From: Bdellovibrionota bacterium
GTDB taxonomy: Bacteria; Bdellovibrionota_B; Oligoflexia; Oligoflexales; JAWKNZ01
Reading direction: 5' to 3'
NCBI GenBank assembly: GCA_041391425.1
Contig: JAWKNZ010000011.1
Coordinates: 8,743-72,742 of the forward strand
Length of the DNA stretch: 64,000 bases
The notes below the pieces were generated by a model. The model was given only the letters and a program-made list of their open reading frames with translations, did not search any database and was not told the DNA's origin. Shown here in pieces: positions 9,881 to 20,423 of this stretch; position 1 is the stretch's first letter, and each line of letters opens with the position of its first letter. The position numbers and the translations under genes were made by a program.

Positions 9881-12800
9881 CTATTTATTATCCTTTTTTA
9901 CTGAAAATCCAGTCGGTGCTTCCAATTTACTTGCTTTTGATCCATTATTGGTTTCGTTTGTTTCGTTTGTTTCGTTTGTTTCGTTTGTTTCGTTTGTTTC
10001 GTTTGTTTCGTTTGTTTCGTTTGTTTCGTTTGTTTCGTTTGTTTCGTTTGTTTCCGTGTTCCCTATGGTAGCTTTATATATTTCTGAGGAACCTTGCTTA
10101 CCCGATTTATCTATTGCAACAGCTTTGACATTATACATGCCATCACTCAGTTGTGTTGTGTCCCACAATATTGTGAAAGGAGCCTCGCTCGACGTGCTTA
10201 CTAATGCATTGTTGACATAGAATTCGACTTTAGCGACTCCGACATCATCGCGGTAGTTGAAGTTAAGGCTCACCATACCGGCAAGTTTGCTGTCGAAGAG
10301 GGTGGTAATAACAATGCTAGGGGCTGTAGTGTCTTGGGTCGAAGCTGAACTGTCTCCTAAAAACCAACCTATGGTTCGATTTACTTTTGTAATGTTACCA
10401 GCAATATCCTGTACTTCAGCATATAGCTCTACTTTTGGATCTGTTAAAGCTTGTGGGAGATTTATAACATTAACTCCATGCTTTTCGGCGCTTGTAGCGA
10501 GGTTTTCACATGTATCATTAGCGCCTAAAATACAGACCACGAGGCTAGTTGTATCAATTCCTGAACCAAGGTCTATCGTTCCAACACGAAGCTGGCTGAC
10601 TTTATTTTCGTTTACGACCGCATCTAAATGTAGCGTCGGCTTTTGAGTGTCTTTTAGCTCCATATCTCCTCCGGGAATGCCTATATCGATCCAACGTGAG
10701 AGGATACCGAGTTCTTCTGCGGTAATGCTTGTGGGATGAGAACTTCCAAAATCAATGTCATCGCTTGCCGATTGATCGGAATTATTATCCGTCCTTTTAC
10801 CAGCTGCCTTCCAATATAATAAACTGCCAAGTGCGTTTAAAGCCCGGATGTATTTACTTACTTGCGGTCGTTTGAAGGCGAGGCTATTTGCACCGAAACC
10901 CGTATTGAATTGATTTTTTGCTGGGATGCATTTTTGATTTGCATCGTTTAGAAGGCACCAGAGCGTAGATGCCGTTTCGATGTCGGAAGGCCCATTGGTA
11001 CCTGGACGATCTAGGGCTAATCCCCCCGCCGGACTGCTAGTGCTGTGACAAGAAGTACAACGGTTTTTAAAAATAGGCATAATATCGCGGGTAAAATCTA
11101 TCCTCATTCCGTAGCCTGAGACCGTTCTCGTTTGCACATTATTGCCTGACTTACCGGCTAGTAGAGGTACAACCCCTTCACCTAAACGTGGGATTGTGTA
11201 AGAGCTTGTAGAGGCAAAGGTATCTTTAAAGTCGGTACGAGCAGCTTTTGAATGTACGTGGCAACCATTACAAGTTTTTTGCTCCCCTGGGCGTAGATGT
11301 TGCCAAGTTTGATCGGTATTGAGGGTGCGACCATCACAATCAATCCCTTGCATTAAATAAGGTGTATTTGCAGGCATTCTAACGAGAAAGCTTGTATCCA
11401 AAAAGCCATTTTTGTCTTTCATACGCGTTCCATCTGGATTTTTGTGCAGCACCGGAAACTCACCCATGATGGCGATACGCTCTCCTGTCAGATTTGCAAT
11501 TTCACGGTATGTATTGCGACTCCTATTAGGCAAAACTCCCAAAATTCTGACTCCACAAAGATCTTCATCTTGATAATTAATGGTATCTGTTCCTTGCAAG
11601 TTGAACTGATGCTCCCCAGCAAAGTGGATGCCGTCACGTGGATGGGTTTCTCTATCAGTAATTGATGCTGCCCCTAATAACCCAAATGGGGTACCGATAT
11701 CTAAACTAGGATGAAGTGCTCTGAGATTTGCTCGTTTAATTATATCAGGGGTTGCAGCACTATGTATCTTTGAGTAGGGGACTACAGCGCGTGGCATAAT
11801 TTCATGCCATTCTTTTGAGTCAACAATTAATTCCAAATCCATTGGATCTATAGAAGGAATTGTTGTTGCCTTATATATACCTATATCACAGTAAGGAATA
11901 TCCATTCCTAGAGATGTCAACAAATTCAGGGTGGTACCAGCACCAGATCCACTCACAAGTGGAGGTTTTGGTTTTCCCAACACATCAAAAATACGAGCAT
12001 CAGCGACACTACTGCAAGGCCCTTTACCCCATGATAAAATTAGCCCATTATTTGGAATAGCTGCTGCATGTCCTACTTTACCGTGGTACGGGATGGCATC
12101 TGTATAATTTGGATGGATTAGTTTGCCATCGGTTCTAGTTTTTGATGCGTTATCAGCGCTTGAACTCCAATCGGCAAAGTTAATTGCATCTCTAGGTGCG
12201 TAAATATCTGATGTTTTTGTTGCCTCGTTAGGACCAATGCCTTCCTGTCCTTTAGGTTCTTGCATGACACCAATAATATGGCCTAAGCCGTTATTATTTC
12301 CTCGGTAATAATCGGTAAACCATACCCTTTCATCGCTCGTCTGGGTGATAAAGTGGGAAGCCTTGTGGTCGACACCAAAGTAGCTTAGAGAATGATCGCC
12401 ACTATGTTGTCCGAAAATTGGAAAGTTTTCAGCTCCATCTGGATCCTGGGAATAAATCATAAAGAGGTTGTCAATTGTAGTAAATCCGCCAATAGTGCCA
12501 TTGCCATAGCGGAAGGGGATTGTTCCAAAAGTTTGCCAACTGCTATATGCTAACCTTCCGTTGCGTAATAGAAATGGGTGCTGCTCTTGAGAAAGTGAGT
12601 GATGGCTTGCTAAGTCAAGATTTTTTCCATCGATGTCAATCGTCCAAATTCTTGTCCCTACCCTTGAGGAGTTGGTTCTAAAGACCATGGTGGTTGTATG
12701 CTCATCTCTTGTGGAAGTAAATGCAATGCGCTTATTAGTTATGAAGGCAGGGCCAGAATCATAAACTCCTTCTTGAAATGGAAAAAATTTGCTTTCGCCA

Positions 12801-13384
12801 GTCGCAAGATTAAAAAAAGCAAGGCTAGAGCCATTTGTTAATAATTTTTTATTAGGCAATTTTTTATAACCTAAATATTCCGGGTCCGCAGCAGGATCGA
12901 TAACCTGTGAATGGAAGTTCTCACTCGGAGAAGTCAATGTTCCTTTGAAAATGGTAAATGCAATGATATTGCCATCAAACGAAACTGCCGGATCTAATGC
13001 TGCACATGCAGCTGCATCCGTCGATGTAGATGAGCAGTTATATAAAACGGATTCTGCTCCACTGCTGCTACGATAGATTAAATCGCAAGGGGCAGTAAAG
13101 TTTGAAAGAAAATTGGTTACATCAGGCAACACATCATATGCGTCTAGTCCGATAAGTTTTCTGGATTTTGTTGCCGTTACACCATTGACAGTAATCTCAT
13201 CTGTCAGGGTATATTCTCCCATTGTACGCTTGCAACGAGAGTAGACAATTGGTGTTTGAGCTATTGCCATTGAATCTAGTAATAGGTATTGAAATGCCAG
13301 CAGTAGGACTACTAGAGCGGGGTGCTGACAAAAAAATTTACTTGTTTTTGTGCTGAGGGTGTTCATTGGCGTCATGTACCTCAA
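9881..13384 (-). CDS. Large secreted diheme protein: beta-propeller/hydrazine synthase alpha-like region, two CxxCH motifs, Ig-like (Big) domain, NET-repeat tail
   Basis: Signal peptide ending AIA-Q; TolB-like DPAVSFDG and IAFTSTRD; SFLVRMPANTPYLMQGIDCDG...LRPGEQKTCNGCH; DFTRDIMPIFKNRCTSCH; DDVGVAKVEFYVN...WDTTQLSDG. Confidence 0.75.
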   Translation of the reverse strand: MRYMTPMNTLSTKTSKFFCQHPALVVLLLAFQYLLLDSMAIAQTPIVYSRCKRTMGEYTLTDEITVNGVTATKSRKLIGLDAYDVLPDVTNFLSNFTAPCDLIYRSSSGAESVLYNCSSTSTDAAACAALDPAVSFDGNIIAFTIFKGTLTSPSENFHSQVIDPAADPEYLGYKKLPNKKLLTNGSSLAFFNLATGESKFFPFQEGVYDSGPAFITNKRIAFTSTRDEHTTTMVFRTNSSRVGTRIWTIDIDGKNLDLASHHSLSQEQHPFLLRNGRLAYSSWQTFGTIPFRYGNGTIGGFTTIDNLFMIYSQDPDGAENFPIFGQHSGDHSLSYFGVDHKASHFITQTSDERVWFTDYYRGNNNGLGHIIGVMQEPKGQEGIGPNEATKTSDIYAPRDAINFADWSSSADNASKTRTDGKLIHPNYTDAIPYHGKVGHAAAIPNNGLILSWGKGPCSSVADARIFDVLGKPKPPLVSGSGAGTTLNLLTSLGMDIPYCDIGIYKATTIPSIDPMDLELIVDSKEWHEIMPRAVVPYSKIHSAATPDIIKRANLRALHPSLDIGTPFGLLGAASITDRETHPRDGIHFAGEHQFNLQGTDTINYQDEDLCGVRILGVLPNRSRNTYREIANLTGERIAIMGEFPVLHKNPDGTRMKDKNGFLDTSFLVRMPANTPYLMQGIDCDGRTLNTDQTWQHLRPGEQKTCNGCHVHSKAARTDFKDTFASTSSYTIPRLGEGVVPLLAGKSGNNVQTRTVSGYGMRIDFTRDIMPIFKNRCTSCHSTSSPAGGLALDRPGTNGPSDIETASTLWCLLNDANQKCIPAKNQFNTGFGANSLAFKRPQVSKYIRALNALGSLLYWKAAGKRTDNNSDQSASDDIDFGSSHPTSITAEELGILSRWIDIGIPGGDMELKDTQKPTLHLDAVVNENKVSQLRVGTIDLGSGIDTTSLVVCILGANDTCENLATSAEKHGVNVINLPQALTDPKVELYAEVQDIAGNITKVNRTIGWFLGDSSASTQDTTAPSIVITTLFDSKLAGMVSLNFNYRDDVGVAKVEFYVNNALVSTSSEAPFTILWDTTQLSDGMYNVKAVAIDKSGKQGSSEIYKATIGNTETNETNETNETNETNETNETNETNETNETNETNETNNGSKASKLEAPTGFSVKKDNK
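9951..10055 (-). repeat. 9-bp coding microsatellite (~11.7 units) encoding (NET)n
   Basis: GTTTCGTTT repeated perfectly on the + strand. Confidence 0.95.
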
Positions 13385-13675
13385 TTATTGTTAATCTCGA
13401 ATGCATTTTTAGAAATTGATGTAAAAGGACTATAGCCCTCCTTGGTAATTTTATAGATCGGCTTATTCGTGGATAAAATTAATTAAAATTAAATATCAAG
13501 TTAAGATAGATAGTTAGCATGCCATCTGCTGCCTCGTTTAGAATCTATTTGTAGCTAGCTATTGTTATTGGTAATCTGTTGTTTGTTTTTTCTACAAAGC
13601 GTAGATATTGTATAGCATACAAGCTTAGTGTTGATTATTTTCTTTTTAAATATAGATAGTTAAGGTGTACCCTCT

Positions 13676-14803
13676 ATGGCAGCAGTTGAAAATAACATAG
13701 CTAAACCAAGCGTTGAGCCATTAGCTTCCATTTTTGCCGCCACACCGGCAGATTTGAGTCAGCTTTTAACAAGTTGGGATGAGCCAAAGTTCAGGGTTAA
13801 GCAGCTGCAAGATTGGATCTTTAAAGAACGCGTGTATAATCTTGAGCAGATGACAAATTTGTCAAAGTCACTTAGAGAACGTTTAGCGAGATATTATGAT
13901 TGGTCATTTCCTATCATTGAAGATCGGATTGATTCTGAAGACGGTACTACTAAACTCTTATTGTTAGGTGAAAAAAATCAAGTTATCGAAACTGTTATTA
14001 TGCGTTATGAAAATAGGACAAGTCTTTGTGTGTCAAGTCAGGTTGGCTGCAAACTTGCATGCCGATTTTGTCAAACAGGGAAGCTTGGTTTTTTTAGAAA
14101 TTTGTCGGCTGCCGAAATCATGACGCAGTTTTGCTTGGCAAATAGTATTTTACGTCCAGAGGATCGAAAAATTACCCATGTTGTTTTTATGGGTATGGGG
14201 GAGCCTCTAGATAATTTTGAAAACGTTGTTGCAGCTGTGAATTTACTTACTGGTAAAGACACATATATGCTTTCAGCTAGGAAAGTTACGGTTTCGACGT
14301 CAGGGATAGCGACAAAGATCACGCAGTTAGCTGAGCGTTGTAATGCTAGTCTTGCTATCTCATTGCATGCGGCGCGAGATGTACTGCGTTCCGAATTGAT
14401 GCCTATTAATCGCAAATATAATCTTGAGTCTTTAAAGACTTCTCTACTGGAATACCAGCGCTTAACAGGCGATAAAATTACGTTTGAATATATCCTAATT
14501 AAGGATAAAACTTGTGGTCGGAAGGAAGCAAAAGAATTAGTGCATTTTTTACATGGATTAAAAGCAAAAATAAATTTAATACCTTTTAATCCTCATCCGG
14601 GATTAGATTATATGCGTCCTAGTGAAGACGAGATTCGTGAATTTCAATCTTACTTAACAGCTCGCTCGTTTGCAGCTCCAGTTAGGTATAGCCGCGGGGG
14701 AGAGGTTTCGGCTGCATGTGGGCAATTGGCAGCAAAGCGTGAGGATGCTATAATGGCGGAGCCTAAGAGAAAAAATGCAATAAGTCAGGTGGATTTTCGT
14801 TAA
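13676..14803 (+). CDS. rlmN: 23S rRNA/tRNA m2A methyltransferase (radical SAM)
   Basis: CVSSQVGCKLACRFC, FMGMGEP, ISLHA, AACGQL. Confidence 0.95.
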   Translation: MAAVENNIAKPSVEPLASIFAATPADLSQLLTSWDEPKFRVKQLQDWIFKERVYNLEQMTNLSKSLRERLARYYDWSFPIIEDRIDSEDGTTKLLLLGEKNQVIETVIMRYENRTSLCVSSQVGCKLACRFCQTGKLGFFRNLSAAEIMTQFCLANSILRPEDRKITHVVFMGMGEPLDNFENVVAAVNLLTGKDTYMLSARKVTVSTSGIATKITQLAERCNASLAISLHAARDVLRSELMPINRKYNLESLKTSLLEYQRLTGDKITFEYILIKDKTCGRKEAKELVHFLHGLKAKINLIPFNPHPGLDYMRPSEDEIREFQSYLTARSFAAPVRYSRGGEVSAACGQLAAKREDAIMAEPKRKNAISQVDFR

Positions 14804-14896
14804 AATATTTTTCTTTTGTTTATTGTTATTTCAGGGGTGATCTCATTGGCATTATACGCTAGCGATATAATTAGGATAATTGTGACAAATATGCAG

Positions 14897-15058
14897 CCCG
14901 GATTCGAATTTCTAGCCGGTTGCGTCGTTGCTTCATCGTCAGGAAATCCTCATGTACCACATGTACACTGCGGTTTCCCTCCTCCTCGCGCCTAGCACCC
15001 GGCTGAACTTCGAATCTGGTGAAAATACTACAGTTTTTCAAAAAACTTCAGGTCCCGG
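14897..15058. mobile_element. Family A MITE, copy A1
   Basis: CCCGGATTCG...AGGTCCCGG flanked by direct repeat ATGCAG; between convergent rlmN and mtaB. Confidence 0.85.
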
Positions 15059-15132
15059 ATGCAGGCATGTTGAATGAGAATTAACTTGTGACTAAGTTAG
15101 GGTTTTTATGGATACTCTTTATTTTGCTCCCC

Positions 15133-16510
15133 TTAATAAGTCAAGGATGGTATTGCTAACAAGTCAAATTGGTTGGTAAAGCCTTTCAAGGTTACTTCTG
15201 ATATCATTCCAGGCTGGATCTGTTCACTGGGTTTAGATACTATATTTAAATAGTTTTTACTTTTTCCTTTTAGCCTACCAGCTTCGTCGTATTGGTGTTC
15301 CCATAGAACAGTCAAATTTTTATTAAGAAATGATCGAGCGTAAGCTCCTTGGAGTTCAGCAGCTAGCTTGCGTAACTCAGCTGCTCGAGATTTTACTATG
15401 GAGGCTTCGATATGGCCTGGCATTCTAGCTGCCGCGGTGTTCGGACGTTTCGAGTAAGGAAACACATGCAGACCATTAAGCCCAGATTGGCGGATGAACT
15501 CTACTGTCGCTGCAAATTCTAAATCCGACTCTCCTGGAAAGCCAGGGATAACGTCGGCAGTTAAATTTGCATGTGGAAAGTATCTGCGGATTAGTGTGAG
15601 GGTGCTCTCATATTCTGAGCAGTTATAGCTGCGACGCATTAACGAAAGGATACGATCATGTCCAGATTGGAGAGGTAAATGGAAATGATCACAAAAACGA
15701 TCTTTTCTTCCGCCAATACATCTAAAAGACTATTACTAACTTCCATAGGTTCTAAAGATGAGATGCGCAGCCTTTTTAAACCTTTGTTTTTAAATATCTC
15801 GCGGAGCAAATCTATAAGTCCGAATCGGTGGCTATTATCATCACCTGCTAATAAATCATCTCCGTAGTCACCAATATGGATGCCTGTAAGTACAATTTCT
15901 TTGACCCCTTCACCTATCAGCCGATTTACCTCGTCGATAATTTTGAACGGATCGACACTTGAGCTAGCCCTCGAGCATAAGGTATGAGGCAATAGCTACA
16001 AAATCCATTGCATCCATCTTGGATTTTTAAAAAGGAGCGGGTGCGTGAATCTGATTTTGCTTTGTCAAAAAAAACAGCAGAACTTTTGAAATGTCCCTGA
16101 CGATTATCTTTGACTTGATTAATTCCTTCCGGAAGTTTACCTGAAAGTTGCCTTTCTTCATGGCTCTGATTTAGCGCCTTAGATACGAAAGCTATTAGCT
16201 CACTTTTAACTTCATTAGGAACGACGCAATCGACTTCTTCAAGGGTCGCAAGTCGAGCGGATTGGGTCTGAGCATAGCAGCCGGTAATCACCCTTAGGGC
16301 ACCCGGATTTTCTCGATGATAGCGTCTGAGTAAATATCTTGCTTCTTTTTCAGCGGCATTTGTGACTGAACATGAGTTGATCACATTGACATCGGACAGA
16401 TGCGGTTGGTCTACAATAGCGTAACCTTTTGAAATAAACTGGTTTTCAATGGCTCTGGTATCATAGGTGTTAACCTTGCAACCTAGTGTTTTTATATAAA
16501 CTTTAGGCAT
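15133..16510 (-). CDS. mtaB: tRNA t6A37 methylthiotransferase, split into 3 ORFs by two frameshifts (probable sequencing errors)
   Basis: TLGCKVN, INSCSVT, ITGCYAQ, LKIQDGCNGFCSYC, GFPGES, HVFPYSKRPNT across ORFs 15926-16510, 15639-15992 and 15133-15639. Confidence 0.9.
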
Positions 16511-16707
16511 TATAGTCCTTTTTTCCCCCTAATCGAGTTGCGCTTTATTCAGCAGCAACTTATTATGCTACAATTAGCTTAGTTGCAAGCCCTCAAATTT
16601 CCTAATAAGATCCTATATATATGGGGGCAGGAAACGTTTCTCACAGGGTGGTAGAGCACCCCTTACGCAGAGATAGTAAAAGGCGGCGGCCTGGTTATGG
16701 AGATCAT

Positions 16708-18693
16708 ATGTTTGCAGATTATGGCTTTTACTTGATGTTCTTGTGTCTCATAACTAGTAGTTATGGGGTGATCGCTGCGTTAGTTTCGGCAAAGATGCGC
16801 CATCGGCGTCTATATCGATCGGCAAGAGTGGCTGCAACTCTAACCTTTGTGATGTGTTTCGTGGCTGCCTTACTGATGTGGTATATGCTTTTTACGCGTG
16901 ATTATTCTGTTAGGTATATTGCCTATAATTCCTCTAATGACCTTCCCTCATTTTATACTTTAACTGCGTTTTGGGCTGCACTCGAAGGATCACATTTTTT
17001 TTGGACGCTTTTAATTTGCTTGTTTTCATTAATAGCCCACTGGACATACTCTAAAGATAATGAGCATATCATGCCGTATGTCAGTGCCTCTACTCAGTTT
17101 ATTTTGGTATGGATGTTTTATTTGGCTGTTACTTACTCTGACCCTTTTGTGAGGATTTTTCCTGTGCCAGAGGATGGACAGGGAATGAATGCATTGCTGC
17201 AAAATCCCTATATGCCTTTTCATCCCCCATCTTTATTTACTGGCTATAGTTCACTCATTATTCCTTTCTCTTATTCAATTGCGGCTTTATGTTACGGTGA
17301 CATTACTGAAGGCTGGTTGAAGACTGTACGCAGGTGGACTCTTTTTGCCTGGATTTTTCTCACTATTGGACTATTTTTAGGAGGCCGTTGGGCCTATGTG
17401 GAGTTAGGTTGGGCTGGTTATTGGGCTTGGGATCCGGTTGAGAACTCTAGTTTTATACCGTGGCTTTTCTCTACCGCTATGTTGCATTCGTTGCAAGTGC
17501 AAGATAGGCTGGGGCATCTAAAGCGTCTGACAATTGTTCTTGCTACTTTGGCATTCTTTTTTAGCTTTTTTGGGACATTTATAACCCGCTCAGGTTTGAT
17601 AAGCTCAGTTCACTCTTTTGCGCAGTCTCCTATTGGCCCTAACTATCTCGCATTTCTGGCGCTGTTTTTATGCCTTACTATAGCTTTATATGCGGTGCGA
17701 GCACCATCAATCTTGCCCTTTGATACCGAAAAAGTCTGGGGGTTTTCTCGCGAATCAGCCTTGGTTATCACCCAGTTTTTGGTGCTTGCCTTTGCGGGGG
17801 TGATTTTTGTTGGAACTATGTATCCTATTATCTCAGAAGCCATTACCGGTGCTAGGTTTAATGTACAGGCTCCTTATTTTAACGCTTTTGCTCCGTATAT
17901 AGGATTTGGATTTATTTTGGCTATTGGTATAGGTAACCTTGTACAGTTCAAGTCTGGTAAATTAACCGGCGGAGCTAAATTGCAAATTGTAGCTGGACTT
18001 CTAGCAATCCCTTTGTCAGCTATATTTATTGTTGGTGGGGACGTTTTTCGTACTAAATCGCCGTTTGCATTAGGTGCGCAAATTGTCGGGTTTTGGATTT
18101 TGAGTTGGTGTACTATATGTCTTATTTATGATTTTTACGACCATCTCAAAAGATTGAAGTTTAATACCAAGTTACTATTAAAGCGTAATTTATCTTATTG
18201 TGGAGCCTTTGTTGCTCATATTGGTGTGCTGGTAGCGATAGCAGGATTTTTGGGTAATTATCGAGGTCTTGAAAGAGAAGTAACATTGAAGGCTGGTGAG
18301 TCGACTGAGTTGTATGGATATCAGTTTAACTTTGATGGCATTAAAATGGAACAGAATGCAAATGCAACTCATTACGCTGCTCCCTTAAAAGTGACTAAGC
18401 TAGGTAAGGTGATAGGAGAGGTTAAGGCTGCTCGCAGTAAGTATCCGACTAAGGCAGAACTTATGCACGAGGTTGGGTTAATTGGTAGCTTTTGGCATGA
18501 TATATATGCTGTGTTAGCTGATTTTGATAAAACGGATGGAGCGACAGCAACCTTTCAACTTCATATTAATCCAACAGTTCGTATTGTTTGGATTAGTGCT
18601 TTTATTATGATCTTTGGAGGTTTTCTTAGTCTATTTGATCGCCATCGCGGAGTTCGCAGCCGAGACCATGTTGCAGGTTCTTGGGAGGTTTAG
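16708..18693 (+). CDS. ccmF: Cytochrome c biogenesis heme lyase CcmF
   Basis: WAYVELGWAGYWAWDPVENSS (WWD domain), HPP, SVHSFA; GGAG before ATG 16708. Confidence 0.95.
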   Translation: MFADYGFYLMFLCLITSSYGVIAALVSAKMRHRRLYRSARVAATLTFVMCFVAALLMWYMLFTRDYSVRYIAYNSSNDLPSFYTLTAFWAALEGSHFFWTLLICLFSLIAHWTYSKDNEHIMPYVSASTQFILVWMFYLAVTYSDPFVRIFPVPEDGQGMNALLQNPYMPFHPPSLFTGYSSLIIPFSYSIAALCYGDITEGWLKTVRRWTLFAWIFLTIGLFLGGRWAYVELGWAGYWAWDPVENSSFIPWLFSTAMLHSLQVQDRLGHLKRLTIVLATLAFFFSFFGTFITRSGLISSVHSFAQSPIGPNYLAFLALFLCLTIALYAVRAPSILPFDTEKVWGFSRESALVITQFLVLAFAGVIFVGTMYPIISEAITGARFNVQAPYFNAFAPYIGFGFILAIGIGNLVQFKSGKLTGGAKLQIVAGLLAIPLSAIFIVGGDVFRTKSPFALGAQIVGFWILSWCTICLIYDFYDHLKRLKFNTKLLLKRNLSYCGAFVAHIGVLVAIAGFLGNYRGLEREVTLKAGESTELYGYQFNFDGIKMEQNANATHYAAPLKVTKLGKVIGEVKAARSKYPTKAELMHEVGLIGSFWHDIYAVLADFDKTDGATATFQLHINPTVRIVWISAFIMIFGGFLSLFDRHRGVRSRDHVAGSWEV

Positions 18694-18718
18694 AGTGCAC
18701 CTAAAGGTGGGGGAGAAA

Positions 18719-19222
18719 ATGAAAAAAACAATACGAGTTCTAATATCGAAAACCTTTGCATTGATCTTGCTAGGACATATTGGTTGGTTCGGTCATGAAG
18801 GGCTATTTGCCAGTAGCTTGGGATTTGAGGGTATGAGCGAAGAACAAATTGAGCTTTTTCAGCGTGTGGGTAACAATTTAAGATGCCCAACTTGCACTGG
18901 CCTTAGTGTTATGCAATCAGAGGCTGACTTCGCTGTGAAAATCAGAGAAGCAGCTAGAGACCAAGTTTTACAAGGAAAGTCTGAAGCGGAAATCATGACT
19001 TTTTTTATTGAAAGGTATGGGCTATGGATTTTGCGTAAGCCACCAGCCGAAGGCTTTCACGTAATGGCTTGGGGTGTGCCTATTGCCTTTGCTTTGCTGG
19101 GGGCCTTATTTCTTTGGTTTTTTGTTTGGCGTAAGCCTAAACAGGTGGACCTTGGAGGTATTCGTACGACGCAAGATATTATGCTAGAAATGGAAAATCA
19201 ATTAGCTCAGATGAGAAAATAA
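18719..19222 (+). CDS. ccmH: Cytochrome c biogenesis protein CcmH
   Basis: LRCPTC motif, ERYGLWILRKPP, C-terminal TM; directly after ccmF. Confidence 0.9.
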   Translation: MKKTIRVLISKTFALILLGHIGWFGHEGLFASSLGFEGMSEEQIELFQRVGNNLRCPTCTGLSVMQSEADFAVKIREAARDQVLQGKSEAEIMTFFIERYGLWILRKPPAEGFHVMAWGVPIAFALLGALFLWFFVWRKPKQVDLGGIRTTQDIMLEMENQLAQMRK

Positions 19223-19275
19223 AAAATGCCTTTTGTAACTTTGTTTCTTGTACATTTTGTTAAGGAGAAAAACTG

Positions 19276-19560
19276 TTGTTATTTGCTATATCGATAGGAA
19301 TGGCTACCCTCCTTTTGCTATTAGCTCCTTTTTTTTACGGAAAAGGTGGTGTGTTAATGGCAGGAGCAGCAGAGCATAATCAGGAAGTTATTGAGAGGCA
19401 GAAAAAAGCCATCTTAAAAAGATATATATTGGACGAAAAGGCAGTAAAAGAGGGCACTATATCTAAAGTAGAATGGGAAAGCAAAAAACAGTTTTTAACA
19501 AATCGTTATTTGGATGCTTCTCGTCGTCTTGATTATTTACAGCATCATAAAAGTGATTAG
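19276..19560 (+). CDS. Small membrane protein, CcmI N-terminal-like
   Basis: N-terminal TM then EGTISKVEWESKK helix; position in the ccm cluster. Confidence 0.5.
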   Translation: MLFAISIGMATLLLLLAPFFYGKGGVLMAGAAEHNQEVIERQKKAILKRYILDEKAVKEGTISKVEWESKKQFLTNRYLDASRRLDYLQHHKSD

Positions 19561-19670
19561 AGATTTTGATAGATTTATAGTGGAGCTAGGTTACAGAACC
19601 TTCTGATATCCAAGTTCTCATGATGTTGAGAAAAAAAATTCGAATTATGCATTTGTAATTCCCTTTCTTT

Positions 19671-20375
19671 TTGAAGCGATTCGAGGATTATATGCACCAG
19701 TTTATTTTAAAGAGTTTTATTTGTACTACCTTATCAGTATTATATTTTTCATTACCAGTATTGGCATCTGAAAGTGAAAACATACAAATTGCTGAGCGAC
19801 ATGTTTTCGTCTTGCACTCAGGTCCAGACGTATTATGGGGAACATATATGTTTGGCGTAAATAATATGGGATCTGAAGCTACACTGTTTTCGGACAGAAT
19901 CAATCTACCCAGTGGAATTACTGATTTTGCGCCTCAAGAAGGTTTGAGCAATGAAGAGTTGAAAGCATCTCCTGAGGGAGGCCTAGTGTTTGAGAAAGAA
20001 TTTCCACCAGGTGTGACCTTGATAGCGATTGGATTCAAGCTTCCTGCGCAATTGGGAAAAGCAAGCCTACAGTTAAAATTTCACTATGATATTTCTGAAA
20101 TGAGCATATTAACTAAGGATGATAGTTTAAATCTTGAATTTGTTGGTGTGCCAATGCAGCTAGGTGATAATACAATAATGTCAAATGAGACATATAGAAC
20201 ATTTAAGTCTTCGCAAAAAATTGCTAAAGGGCAGCAACTCGAAGTCGCAGTGTCTAATATAGCAGGTAGGGCAAATTTCTGGCTTGTTGGTTCTATCTTC
20301 GCTGCTTTACTCCTTTTGCTGGCTTCTATATTTACCCTTAAAACAAAAGAGTCAATAGAGGTTGCAGAATTGTAG
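19671..20375 (+). CDS. Exported protein with C-terminal membrane anchor (hypothetical, ccm-cluster associated)
   Basis: Signal peptide VLA-S, beta-rich body, C-terminal TM; true start probably MHQF at 19692. Confidence 0.6.
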   Translation: MKRFEDYMHQFILKSFICTTLSVLYFSLPVLASESENIQIAERHVFVLHSGPDVLWGTYMFGVNNMGSEATLFSDRINLPSGITDFAPQEGLSNEELKASPEGGLVFEKEFPPGVTLIAIGFKLPAQLGKASLQLKFHYDISEMSILTKDDSLNLEFVGVPMQLGDNTIMSNETYRTFKSSQKIAKGQQLEVAVSNIAGRANFWLVGSIFAALLLLLASIFTLKTKESIEVAEL

Positions 20376-20423
20376 ATTTGTTTTAAGGGATTTTTTATTT
20401 TCTAATTATTAAAGTTTATATCT

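Noticed and set aside
9846..10220. ORF with (VSF)n repeat
   Set aside because: Antisense shadow of the NET repeat in the 1167-aa gene
9881..13384. Anammox hydrazine synthase pathway
   Set aside because: Only domain-level resemblance; no hzsB/hzsC or hydroxylamine oxidoreductase-like genes nearby
14897..15058. Family A or B as tRNA, SRP RNA or riboswitch genes
   Set aside because: No cloverleaf or recognisable aptamer motifs; TIRs, target duplications and mixed orientation indicate mobile repeats
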